Origin: Acidobacteriota bacterium
GTDB lineage: Bacteria > Acidobacteriota > UBA890 > WLXD01
Direction of reading: 5' to 3'
Length of the DNA stretch: 64,000 nucleotides
Assembly: GCA_965205505.1 (NCBI GenBank)
Contig: CBDBHB010000008.1
Coordinates: forward strand, 288,001-352,000
Shown: positions 19,664 to 30,547 of the stretch, in pieces
How positions within the stretch are numbered: position 1 is the first letter of the stretch
How the letters are laid out: each line of letters opens with the position of its first letter
Made by a program: the position numbers and the translations under genes
Notes under the pieces: generated by a model
Database searches by the model: none
Told to the model about the DNA's origin: nothing
Seen by the model: only the letters and a program-made list of their open reading frames with translations

Positions 19664-21004
19664 TTACTCAGGACGCTTTTCTCGAAGCCGCCTTCGGACG
19701 TCCTCGTAGTAGGGCTCGTTCTTCTGCGCGATGACGATCTGATGCCCATCCGGATCGGAGATGGTGAAGAAGTGCAGCCACGGCCGAATCTCGACCTCGT
19801 TGGGCTCGGGTACGAGGCCGTTCGCCGTCGCTCTCGCGAAGTGCCTCTCGACATCGTCCACCATGAAGTAGTGGCGCACACCGCCTCCGTAAACTGGCTC
19901 GGCGTCGTCCGATGTGGTCAGCGCGAGGCGTCGTCCCGCGCTCAGAAGCTCTGCATACTCGGGAGAATAGGGTCTGTCCCACGACAGCTCGTAGCTGTCT
20001 TCCTGGTAGTCGTAGTAGTACTGATGTTCGAAGCCGAGGCTCTCGTAGAAGGTCGTGCTCTTTCGAACGTCGGTTACGTAGAGGGCAGTGAGGGTCTCTC
20101 CGGTGAAATCGGCGGGGGGCGTTGCGGGCCCGCCGCAACTTGTCAGCAGGGCCGGCAACGCGACCACCTGAAGGAGCGAGAACCGGAGGGCCGATGAAGC
20201 CCCGCTGGCGCCTTGTTGACGAGTCGTGCTAGCCGCCAACGGCGAGTCCGAGGCGCGGGATACGAGCGCGATGGCCAGGCTGATCGGGATCGCTCCCAAG
20301 AGCAGGTTCCATGCCTGCGGCTGTCCGAATAGCAGCCCCCGCGAGCCGAGCTCAGCGATGACGCCGGCGGTCCACATGGTAGCCACGACCAACGGCAGGT
20401 GCGCGGCGCAACGCACGGCGCGATCGGCGCGGACTAGGCGCACAACAAAAACGACGGCCGCCAAGACGGAAAACAGATTGGCGATCAGCAGCACGAGTCC
20501 GCCGATGATCTGCAACGTCGCCTGCGGAACCATGCCTGCGATCGCCGCCACCAGCCAGGCAACGGCCGGCGGCGCATAGAGCGCGACCCGGACAACTCGT
20601 GCCACCGACCCGCCGCTCGGAAAGATCAGCGCAAGGTGCAAGAATGCGGCCTCGGCCAGTGCACTGAATCCCAGGTACACGAAGAGGAGGCTGAGCTCGA
20701 TCCCGGCGTGCGCGGCGCCGATGGTTCCACCCCAGTGGATTCCACCACCCACGCCGTACAGCAGTAGGACGACCGTGAATCGTCCGGGACGCAGCCTCCA
20801 CGCCGCCGCCCCGCACACCAGAAACAGCACTCCCAGCAAGGTGATCGGCAGACGAAGGCTGTCGGGTATGCTGACCAGCGAGGACGGCCACAGCAGTGCC
20901 GTCGCCCGCCAGAGCAAAACGGCGACCGTCGCCAAGACGACCCATCTCCGGCCTTCGTAGCCGGTTTCAACAGCAGAACGACTCATTCCATGGTCCTCAC
21001 TCAT
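19664..21004 (-). CDS. Multi-TM membrane domain fused to a C-terminal VOC/glyoxalase domain
   Basis: About 8 hydrophobic helices, then LLTSC and ALYVTDVRKSTTFYESLGF, YFMVDDV, FTISDPDGH. Confidence 0.75.
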   Translation of the reverse strand: MSEDHGMSRSAVETGYEGRRWVVLATVAVLLWRATALLWPSSLVSIPDSLRLPITLLGVLFLVCGAAAWRLRPGRFTVVLLLYGVGGGIHWGGTIGAAHAGIELSLLFVYLGFSALAEAAFLHLALIFPSGGSVARVVRVALYAPPAVAWLVAAIAGMVPQATLQIIGGLVLLIANLFSVLAAVVFVVRLVRADRAVRCAAHLPLVVATMWTAGVIAELGSRGLLFGQPQAWNLLLGAIPISLAIALVSRASDSPLAASTTRQQGASGASSALRFSLLQVVALPALLTSCGGPATPPADFTGETLTALYVTDVRKSTTFYESLGFEHQYYYDYQEDSYELSWDRPYSPEYAELLSAGRRLALTTSDDAEPVYGGGVRHYFMVDDVERHFARATANGLVPEPNEVEIRPWLHFFTISDPDGHQIVIAQKNEPYYEDVRRRLREKRPE

Positions 21005-21026
21005 CCGGCGAGTGTGGACGATCAGC

Positions 21027-21044
21027 GCTGAACAGGGGCTGAAC
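21027..21044 (-). promoter_or_regulatory. OmpR/PhoP-type direct-repeat binding box
   Basis: GTTCAGC-N4-GTTCAGC (11-bp period) just upstream of ATG 21004 and next to an OmpR-family two-component system. Confidence 0.6.
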
Positions 21045-21078
21045 GCGCTGCCGAGCGCACGCTGAGGGTGCCAGCGCT

Positions 21079-22065
21079 CTATGCGGTACCTGTTGCGGGC
21101 AATTCGAGGGTCACCTGCAGGCCGCGCTTCGCTGACCCGTCCAGCCTCAGCCCGCCGCCGTATAGCTCGACCAGGGCCTTGACGATCCGAAGCCCGACGC
21201 CACGACGCCGGCTGTGCGCCGACTCGGGTTGCCCGGTGGCCAATATCTGGTCTCGCACCGCTTCGCTGAGCCCCGGTCCGTCGTCCTCGACGACGATGAG
21301 CAACCTGTCCTCGGCGGCATGCGCCCGCACCTCGACGCTACCTCGACACCACTTGCAAGCGTTCTCGAGCACGTTGCCGAGCATCTCCTCGAGATCTTCC
21401 GGATTGCCATGAAAGTTCAGGTCCGGAGGCACCTCGCAACGAATCTCGAGCCGGCGGCCGACGTGCAGCTGGCGCATCGCACGCACCAGCCGATCGACGC
21501 TCGGAGCGACGGGACAGGACCCTGTGGGGGGCTGGGCGAGCCGGGCCGCGGCGGCACTGGCCCTGGACAAGTGCAGCGTCACTCGGTCGCTCATTGCCTC
21601 GACCTGTTCGCGCAGGCCCTCGGCTGCGGGGTGGTCGTCCTTTCGCAGCCGCTCGATCTCGTTGGTGAGAATTGTCAGCGGCGTCTTCAGGCCATGCGCC
21701 AAGCTGTCTGCTTCCAGGTGCGATCGCCGAAGGGCCTCTTGATTGCGCCGCAACAGGTCGTTGACCTCGTCCACCAGGGGATGCACCTCTGCCGGATACT
21801 CGCCTTCGAGCCGGGCAGCCGATCCGTCCCGCACCGGCGCCAGGCGCTGGCCCAGTCGAGTCAGTGGAAGGAGGCTCGCGGCGACCCGGAGGGCACCGCC
21901 CAGCATCAAGCCGAACGCCAGCAGGCAGATAACGCCGACCCAAAAGCCTTCGACTTCCAGAAAACCCACGGCGCCGAGCGCCAAGGCGCCGACGGCCCAC
22001 AGCAGGCCACCGGAAATGATCGCGGAACGGAGTGTGGTGGCGCGCGTCAGGCTCCTCACGTTCAC
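21079..22065 (-). CDS. Sensor histidine kinase (PhoQ-like), no periplasmic domain
   Basis: H-box LAHGLKTPL, N-box NVLENACK, EDDGPG, GVGL; two adjacent TM helices. Confidence 0.92.
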   Translation of the reverse strand: MNVRSLTRATTLRSAIISGGLLWAVGALALGAVGFLEVEGFWVGVICLLAFGLMLGGALRVAASLLPLTRLGQRLAPVRDGSAARLEGEYPAEVHPLVDEVNDLLRRNQEALRRSHLEADSLAHGLKTPLTILTNEIERLRKDDHPAAEGLREQVEAMSDRVTLHLSRASAAAARLAQPPTGSCPVAPSVDRLVRAMRQLHVGRRLEIRCEVPPDLNFHGNPEDLEEMLGNVLENACKWCRGSVEVRAHAAEDRLLIVVEDDGPGLSEAVRDQILATGQPESAHSRRRGVGLRIVKALVELYGGGLRLDGSAKRGLQVTLELPATGTA

Positions 22066-22769
22066 ACCGTGCGGCCTCGAGCGAGTCCAGCGCCCGGGTG
22101 GTCAGAACCCGTCTGCTCGGGCACTTGATAGCCCAGGCCACTCAGCGTGCGGATCAGATCGCGGCCCAGCTTCCGGCGCAGCCGGGCGATGAACACCTCG
22201 ATGGTGTTGGAGTCGCGCTCCCAATCCTGCGCGTAGACATGCTCGACGAGCTCCGACACCGACACCACCCGGCCCTGATTGTGCAGCAGGTAGCGCAGCA
22301 CCTTGAGCTCGTACGCGGTCAGATGAACGCGCTCGCCTTCGAGCCTGACCTTGAGCGACCCCGTATCGAGAGTCACAGCCCCGTGCCGGAGCACCGGCGA
22401 CGCACGTCCTGCAGAACGTCGCAGTAGCGCCCGTAACCTCGCGAGAAGCTCCTCCATGCGAAACGGCTTGGGGAGGTAGTCGTCCGCACCCGCGTCTATC
22501 CCCGCCACTCTCTCGTACCATCGGCCGCGCACGGTGAGCACGAGGACCGGTGTTGCCACTCCCTCCGCGCGCAGCTTCTCGAGCACCTGCAGGCCATCGA
22601 TTCCTGGAAGCCCCAAATCCAGGACGATCGCGTCGTGGGTCTGCATGCAGGCTAGCTCGAGTGCCTCCTCGCCGTTCGACGCGAGATCGACCGAATAGCC
22701 CCCCGACCGAATGTCCTCCGCCAGCTGCCTGGCGAGATCGGCCTCATCCTCAACAACGAGTACCCGCAT
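22062..22769 (-). CDS. OmpR/PhoP-family response regulator
   Basis: VLVVEDE, LDLGLP, GADDYLPKPF, wHTH SNTIEVFIARLRRKL. Confidence 0.95.
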   Translation of the reverse strand: MRVLVVEDEADLARQLAEDIRSGGYSVDLASNGEEALELACMQTHDAIVLDLGLPGIDGLQVLEKLRAEGVATPVLVLTVRGRWYERVAGIDAGADDYLPKPFRMEELLARLRALLRRSAGRASPVLRHGAVTLDTGSLKVRLEGERVHLTAYELKVLRYLLHNQGRVVSVSELVEHVYAQDWERDSNTIEVFIARLRRKLGRDLIRTLSGLGYQVPEQTGSDHPGAGLARGRTV

Positions 22770-22828
22770 ACGGTCGGCTCCCGGAGCCTATTCTACGAGC
22801 AGGCCGTCGGTTGTTCTTCCGGTTGCGC

Positions 22829-22870
22829 TACCTCACCTGGTGAGGTATGTTCGCCTCACTTGGTTAGGTA
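22829..22870. promoter_or_regulatory. Tandem palindromic operators, probably PadR boxes
   Basis: Perfect palindrome TACCTCACC-T-GGTGAGGTA (22829-22847) and imperfect copy CGCCTCACTTGGTTAGGTA (22852-22870) upstream of padR. Confidence 0.65.
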
Positions 22871-22897
22871 AGAAAGAACCCCGCCGGAGTAGCTCCC

Positions 22898-23215
22898 TTG
22901 AGCCTGTTGCAAGGAACGCTCGACATCTTGATTCTGACCGCTGTGCGCAGCACCCCGTTGCATGGCTACGCAATCGCCCAAGAGATCGGCTCACGAACGG
23001 CCGGTGAGATCGAGGTAGAAGACGCGGCGCTCTACAAGGCACTGCATCGTTTGGAGGCTCGTGCGCTCATCGATGCCGAATGGGGCATGTCGGAGTCACG
23101 TCGCCGCGCCAAGTTTTACCGAATAACGCCGCAAGGCGCCGAAGTTCTGGAGTCCGAAACCGACGCTTGGCAGCGCTACGTTGACGCCGTCGCCAAGGTC
23201 ATCGATCCCCAGTAG
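22898..23215 (+). CDS. PadR family transcriptional regulator (acidobacterial type)
   Basis: LLQGTLDILIL, HGYAI, LYKALHRLE, EWGMSE.RRRAKFY. Confidence 0.93.
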   Translation: MSLLQGTLDILILTAVRSTPLHGYAIAQEIGSRTAGEIEVEDAALYKALHRLEARALIDAEWGMSESRRRAKFYRITPQGAEVLESETDAWQRYVDAVAKVIDPQ

Positions 23216-23219
23216 CACC

Positions 23220-25899
23220 ATGAATGACCCGCGGCCTCGCGACGCGGTCGACGAGGAGCTCGAGTTCCACCTCGCCCGCCGTGCCGAAGAGCACGAGCGC
23301 CACGGCCTGTCCCCTAAGGAAGCGCGCCGCCGTGCGCTGCGCGCCTTCGGCGACCTCGAGGGTACCCGCCGTTACTGCCGCCGCCACTCGCGCCGCTCGT
23401 GGCGCCGACGCAGGACACGTCAAATGTTCGAACACTCGGTTCAGGACGTGAAGTTCGCGCTTTGCCAGATGCAGCGGAGCCCGACCACCGTGGCGGTCAT
23501 CGTCGCAACCCTGGCACTTGGGATCGGGGCGAACACGGCGATCTTCAGCCTCGTGCAAGCAACATTGCTGCAGGCCACTCCGGTCGAGGATCCGGGCACC
23601 CTCGTGGCCCTGTGGACCACCTGCCGGCGGGGCGATCCACGCTGCTCCTCCTCATACCCCGACATCGTCGACTACCGAGAGCGATCGTCGACTCTCACAG
23701 ATCTCGGCGCGTACACGATGGAACGCGCGAGCCTGGGCGACGACGCTGGGAGCCGCGTGGTTACAGTGCAGCTGTCGACCGGGAACCTCTTTCCGTTGCT
23801 CGGCGTCGTACCCAGGCTGGGGCGACTGCTATCACCGAGCGACGATGTGCCTGGTGGAGCGGCCGTTGCGGTACTGTCATACGACCTGTGGCGTGATCAC
23901 TTTGCCGCCAACAACACCGTCGTCGGCCGTACCGTCCGCCTGAACGGCAACCCGTTCGAAGTTATCGGCGTGGGGCCCCAGAGCTTCCGCGGTATCACCG
24001 TCGGCGACGGCCCCGACATCTATATTCCGTTGCTGGTGGGCCCGAGCATGGCCTCCGGCTTCGTGGTGGACGACTCGCGCTTCAGCCGGCGTAATTCTCG
24101 TTGGATCGGTCAGCTGGTGGGACGCATGGCTCCCGACTCGACCCTCGAGCAGGTGCGCAGCGAGATGTCAGCCATCTCGGATCAGCTCGCCGCCGAAGAC
24201 CCGGACGCGCGGGGACCGCGCCGAATAACCGTAGATCACGCCCATCGGCTGATCTTGCCGATCGCCAGCGAGGCTAGCTTCTCGCGTTTTCTGCTGCTGT
24301 TGTTGGTTGTCGTCGGCCTGACCCTGCTCCTCGCCTGTGCCAATCTCGCCAACCTACAACTCGCTCGCGCTGCGAACCGGCGACAGGAATTGGCCATCCG
24401 CGCCGCCATCGGTGCGGGACGCGGTCGGTTGATCCGTCAGACGCTCACCGAAAGCCTGGTGCTGTCCATGCTCGGCGGCATCGCCGGCTTGGCGCTCGGA
24501 CCGTTCCTGCTGGTTGCCCTTGCCGGCTACCAACTTCCGGGACGAATCGATATCGCTGGTCTTCAGGCCGGCCTCAACGTGCCCGTGCTCCTGTTCACGT
24601 TCGCCCTCGCTGTGACGACGGGCATGCTTTTCGGCATCGGACCGGCAGTGAGCAGCGGCAGAAGCAACAGCATGCAGGCGCTGGCCGCCGGTGTGCGCAC
24701 GACCACGCTGCGTTCTGCGTGGGTTCGAGGCGGGTTAGTCGCAGTACAGGTCGGCGTATCGCTGGTTCTGCTGGTGGGTGCCACCCTCTTCTTGCGGGCG
24801 TTGCAAGCCGGGCTCAATGTTGATCTCGGCTTCCTTGGCGACAATGATCTGGTGCTCACGACCATCGATCTGTCGCTGTTGCAGTATGGGGCCGGGGATG
24901 CTGAGGCGCTGCTGCAGGAAGATCGAGCAGAGGATGATCACCACCCCCGGAGTCGTCTCCTTTGCGGCCGCCGCACGGGTACCGTTGATGACCGGAGGCA
25001 CGGCTACCATGCTCGACTCGGTCGTCGACTACCAACCCGCAGCAGACGAAGAGCTGCGGCTCGAGTACAACGTCGTCACGCCAGATTTCTTCACCGCTCT
25101 CGGACTGCCGCTGGTAGCCGGGCGTGTGTTCGAACAGGGCGACCTGGTGGAGGGCGCTCCCGTTGCGCTGGTGATCAATCAGGACATGGCCGACAGATGG
25201 TGGCCGGGACGTTCTGCTGTCGGCGGCACGATGCGGTTCTTCGGCGGCGAGCAGAGCGCAAGAGTCGTGGGGATCGCGACCAACACCAAGTGGGACGACG
25301 GCATGCTCACCGACGACTATCCGTTCGCCTACATGCCGATGACCGGAAGCCGAGCGGCGGATCGGCCGATTACCCTGCTAGTGCGCACCCAGCGCGCAGA
25401 GACCACCATGGCAACGCTCCGACAACAGCTACTGGAGCTCGACAGCGACATGCCCATCCTGCAGGCATCGACCTTCGATTCTCTCCGGCAGACAGTGCTG
25501 ATGCCGCAACGTATGGGAGCAGCACTGCTGGGCGTCTTTGCGCTGTTGGCGCTGCTGCTGTCGGCGGTCGGGATCTACGGGGTGGTCGGACACAGCGTCA
25601 GCCAACGTACCCGCGAGATCGGTATCCGCATGGCGTTGGGTGCGGATCGACATCGCATCGTCGGGATGGTGGCGCGTGGCGTGTTCGTTCCAGTGGTCGC
25701 CGGAGTCGCTGCCGGACTTGGCGGCGCCCTGCTGCTTTCCGGCGCGGTGCGCTCGTTCCTCTACGGGGTAAGCCCCGCCGATCCGATGTCGTTTGTCCTC
25801 GTCGTCGCCGTACTTGCCTCCATCACCGCACTGGCGGCTTGGCTGCCGGCGCGCCGAGCGGCACGAGTCGACCCCGTCCGGGCACTGAATCTGGATTGA
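23220..25899 (+). CDS. ADOP-type duplicated orphan ABC permease (MacB/FtsX), frameshifted near 24918
   Basis: DEELEFHL, TLALGIGANTAIFS, LACANLANL, RRQELAIRAAIGA, then in a second frame GIYGVV...RTREIGIRMALGA, PARRAARVDP. Confidence 0.9.
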
Positions 25900-26108
25900 T
25901 CGCTGGATCTTCGAGATCAGCGCTGCTCGCCCGTCCCAATCTCTGCCGAAGACCCATATCGGCCCAGCCTTCCGTGTGGCGGCGGGACCGGCCGCCTCGG
26001 GCGTCGGCCCTCATCGACGATGCTCATTGACACGAGGCCCGGCACTACGTGTACGGTGACGATCTGGAGGCGACGCCTTGAGGCGCTTCCCGCAAACGGA
26101 GGAAGCCC

Positions 26109-27419
26109 ATGGGTCAGGACAGCTTGACGATCACCGACAACCGCACCGGAAAAATCTTCGAGATACCCATCCACTATGGGACCTATGCTACCTACGGAGC
26201 GACCATCAACGCCTCCGATCTGCGCCAGATCAAGGCCTCCGAAGATGACTTCGGGCTCCTCACATACGATCCGGGTTTCGGCAACACCGCTTCTTGTCGT
26301 AGCACGATCACCTTCATCGACGGTGAGCAGGGGATCCTGCGTTACCGGGGCTATCCCATCGATGAGCTAGCGAGCGAGAGCACGTACCTCGAGACCGCCT
26401 ACCTGCTACTGAATGGCGAGCTGCCTACCAACAAAGAGCTCGACGAGTGGATCTGGGACATTACCCACCACACGATGCTGCACGAGAACATCAAGAAATT
26501 CATCGATGGCTTCCGCTACGACGCCCACCCGATGGGAATGCTGGTTAGCACGGTCGGCGCCCTCTCTACGTTCTACCCGGGAGCCAAGGACGTCTTTGAC
26601 GAAGCGGCTCGCCAGAAACAGATCTCGAGACTCATCGCCAAAATACCGACCCTGGCGGCCTTTGCCTACCGACACAGCCGCGGCCTTCCGTACGCCTACC
26701 CCGACAACGACCTCTCCTACGTCGGCAACTTCCTCGGCATGATGTTCAACGTCGCCGACGCCAAGTTCGAACCGGATCCGATCCTGGAGAAGGCAGTGGA
26801 AGTGCTCTTCATCCTGCACGCTGATCACGAGCAGAACTGCAGCACCAGCGCCATGCGCGGTGTGGGAAGTTCTCAATCCGACCCCTTCTCTGCCACGGCA
26901 GCGGCAGCGGCGGCGCTTTACGGACCTCTTCACGGCGGCGCCAACGAATCGGTTCTACGCATGCTGAGTCAGATCGGTGCGCGGGAGAACGTTGCCGCTT
27001 TCGTCGAGAAGGTGAAAACGGGTGACGCTGGGCGCCTGATGGGGTTCGGTCACCGCGTCTACAAGAACTACGACCCGCGAGCCGCGGTGATCAAGACGCT
27101 AGCTCACCAGGTCTTCGCGGTCACCGGCGTGAACCCTCTGCTGGAGATCGCGTTAGAACTGGAGCGGATCGCTCTGGAGGACGACTATTTCATCTCCCGT
27201 AAGCTCTATCCCAATGTCGATTTCTACTCCGGCATCATTTACCAGGCGATGGGGTTTCCGACGGCGATGTTTCCGGTGCTGTTCGCCATCCCACGCACCG
27301 CCGGTTGGCTGGCCCAATGGCAGGAGATGCTGCTGGATTCCGACCAGAGGATCGCGCGTCCACGGCAAGTCTACGCAGGGCTCGATCAGCGAGCCTTCGT
27401 TCCTGTCGATCAACGATGA
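26109..27419 (+). CDS. gltA: Citrate synthase
   Basis: YDPGF.NTASC, GILRYRGYPI, LHADHEQNCST, GPLHGGANE, MGFGHRVYK, YPNVDFYSG. Confidence 0.97.
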   Translation: MGQDSLTITDNRTGKIFEIPIHYGTYATYGATINASDLRQIKASEDDFGLLTYDPGFGNTASCRSTITFIDGEQGILRYRGYPIDELASESTYLETAYLLLNGELPTNKELDEWIWDITHHTMLHENIKKFIDGFRYDAHPMGMLVSTVGALSTFYPGAKDVFDEAARQKQISRLIAKIPTLAAFAYRHSRGLPYAYPDNDLSYVGNFLGMMFNVADAKFEPDPILEKAVEVLFILHADHEQNCSTSAMRGVGSSQSDPFSATAAAAAALYGPLHGGANESVLRMLSQIGARENVAAFVEKVKTGDAGRLMGFGHRVYKNYDPRAAVIKTLAHQVFAVTGVNPLLEIALELERIALEDDYFISRKLYPNVDFYSGIIYQAMGFPTAMFPVLFAIPRTAGWLAQWQEMLLDSDQRIARPRQVYAGLDQRAFVPVDQR

Positions 27420-27768
27420 GTCGGCTTCGATTCAAACGTCTGACCGCAGCGGTGCGCTCGCAGCGGTAGAGCCCAGCTGAGCCACTCATCCACGCTCGAA
27501 GTCGGCTCGAGATGAGGCTTGCTGAGCGTTGATTCTGAACAGGATGCTCCGGCTCCGATAGGCATGGTTCGATGTCGATCCCTGCGCTGCTGAGGGCGTA
27601 CCTGGCCGCCGTAGTCCGCTCCAGACCGGCCCGTCTCCGCCCCGCAGTTCTGGATATGGACCCCTCTTGCCAGACGCCCGGACTCTCAGTAGCATCCGGG
27701 TCCGCCGGGAGTTCCCCCGCCCGATCCGGTCCCCTCTGCGAACCCTATCTCTGCGCTAGCCAACACCG

Positions 27769-30212
27769 ATGAGTCGCACCCGCCAAAGCACGAACGCGCC
27801 TTCGTTCGGTGTGGTGCAGACCACGCGCCGCTTGCGGTGTCGGCGACTGCGGCTAGCGTGCTTGGTGATACTCGGCCTATTGGCGCCGGGGGTCGGTGCC
27901 GGGCTGGCCTCGGGGCAAGAGCTCCGAGAACGGTTGATCGCAGGGCGCCCCGTGATGACGACGGGCCGCGCGGCGGCGCTGGTTTGGCGATCTACCGATG
28001 GCCCGGTGGGCGCCGGCGTGTATGCGGCCGTGCCACCAGAGATGCCCGCGCAACGCCTTGGTCCGGCGGCGTCCGGTGACGACGGCCAACCGGCGGGCGC
28101 CGCTCGAGCCGATGGGTCGACCTGGGTCATCGCGTCGCGCTCTGGCCCCTCGCGAAGCCGGCTCTGGGCGCAACAGTTTGACGGAGCGCGCTGGCTAGCG
28201 ACCGAGCGTGGTCCTTCGGCTGGACAATACAATCGCCACCCAGCGCTGGCCTCCGGCGGCGAGGCTATGTGGGCAGTGTGGATTGCGTCCGAGGATGTCG
28301 GCAGCAGCGGGCGCGCGGGGCTCTACGCCTCGCGCCGAGCGGGTGACGGCTGGACCGCGCCCGAGCGTTTGCCGCAACCGAGCGGGGAGCCCATGGCGCC
28401 GGCGATTGCCGTCGACGATGGCGGGTTGCCAGCTGTCGCCTGGGCCGCCGATGACGGTGGACACGCCGAGATCTGGGTCAGCTGGCGCGGACCAGCAGGG
28501 TGGAGTAATCCGCGTGCGCTGACCGACGACGAAACGCCCGATGTCTCGCCGAGCATCGCCGTGAGTGGCGATCGCTGGGTCATCGCGTGGAGCTCTTTCA
28601 GGCAGCACAGCTACTGGACGGAAGCTGCCGTCGGGCATCCCCGGCGAGGATGGGAAACGCCCCGTAGAATCTCACGCCGCGCTGGCAGCTCTCCGGTGGC
28701 GCTGGCCAGCGAGGGGCAGTTGAGTTTGGTTTGGGTGGAGCCCGAGAACTCTCCAGCATCGACGCGAAGCATCCTGCGGTGGAGTCGCCTTGTCGAGGAT
28801 TCGTGGCAACGGCCCCGCGATCTAGTGCTGTCTGCCAACGCCAATATTGCCGCCGCAGCCAGTGCCGACGGCCGACTCCGTTTGGGATGGACGAACCTGC
28901 GCGGTGGCGTGACTGTGGCCGAGAGTGCCGGCGCCCTGTTCCGAGATCGCGCGCCTGAGCTTCAGGTAGTCCTTGGGCTGACCGACGATGCGGCGCCAGT
29001 GAGCTCGTTCCCACCACCGCTCGTGCCCAAGATCTCCTCGGCAAACCGCTGGCTGGCTTTCGGCGACAGCATCACCGAGGGCTACACGTTCATCGGTGGC
29101 ATACCCGTAATCGATCCGGGCTACCCAGCAAACCTTCAGTGGCGGCTCGGTGCAGCGCTCCCGGGGGGGCTCAAGTCTTCAACCGCGGGGTCGGCGGCGA
29201 GATGACGCCAGCCGGCCTGAACCGCTTCGCTGGAACGCTCTCTGGCACCGCTGCCAATGGCGCGGTAATCATGGAAGGAACGAACGACGTCAGCCAGGGG
29301 CTCGCCGCTTCGCTGACGGCGTTCAATCTCCAGCAAATGGCGACCCTCGCCGTGGGGTTCGGAGCAACGACCCTGATCGCGAACGTCCTGCCGCGCGACG
29401 AACAAGGCTTCGGCGGCAGCGACAACGCCGCCACAAACGTTCTCAATGCCCGGATCCCCGCGGCGGCGGCCGCCGCAGGTGCGAGCTTGGTAGATGCGCA
29501 CGGCCCGTTCGTGGGGCGCGGTGATCTGTTCGCCGATCACACACACCCGACACCCGGCGGCTACGATTTTCTCGGCGGCCTGGTGTTCAACGCAATCAAT
29601 GCGCTGCCGGCGGAGGGCGCTGATAGCGCAACGACGGCCCCGGGTTCCCCCGGACAGCTGCAAGTGGTGGTCAACAACTCGACCGTAACCATGAGCTGGA
29701 ACGCGCCCGCCTCCGGAGGTACGCCGACCTCCTATCGGATCCAGGCGGGCTCCGTTCCCTTCGGCAACGATCTCGCAGACTTCAATACCGGTAATTCCAG
29801 CACGTCGTTCACGGCCACGAATGTTGGCAACGCGACCTTCAACATCACCGTGAGGGCGGTCAACGTGGTCGGCACGAGCGCGCAGTCCGATAACGTAGTA
29901 GTCACCGTTGGCGGTGGCACGAACGTATGCACGGCGACGGCCGGTGTACTGGGCGGCCTTACCGCATCATCCAACGGCTCCAGAGTAACCCTTAGGTGGA
30001 CGCCAGGGCCCGGTCAGAACGCCACTTCGTACAGGATCGAAGCGGGATCGGCGGCGGGGCAGTCCAACCTGGCCATCATCAACACCGGCAACTCGGCCAC
30101 CACATTCGTGGCCGACGGGGTCGCATCCGGCACGTATTTTGTGCGGGTGCGCGCCATCAACGCATGCGGGATCAGCGCTGCATCGGGGGAGGCGATCCTC
30201 ATCGTCTCCTGA
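27769..30212 (+). CDS. Secreted protein: beta-repeat domain + SGNH/GDSL hydrolase + two fibronectin type III domains; frameshift in G7 run 29163-29169
   Basis: FGDSIT in frame 1; NRGVGG, EGTND, DHTHP in frame 2; two Fn3 repeats ending VRAVN and VRAIN. Confidence 0.8.
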
Positions 30213-30547
30213 CGCTATTCCGCTGCGAACGCCCCAATCGCGGGCGTGCTCGGCGAACTCGAGCAGCGGTGGGATCGTCCCCAGAACAGCGAACCCGGCG
30301 GCCAGGGCCACGACAGTGGGGCGGAGCTCGCTGACGCCCTCGCCCTGGAGGGCGGGAAGTCCGACGATGCCGACGGCCAGCGGCGTACCGCTGGATTCCT
30401 CTCCGGGCTGATAGACGGCGTAGCGGAGACCGGTCTGCATTCCGAAGCGGGCGTCCAGCCAACCCCACGTAGCTGTGAGCGCCAGAGCGATGAGGAATGC
30501 GCCGAGCGTCCAACGGCGGCCCCGGGTCGACCAGAAGAACATCGGGT

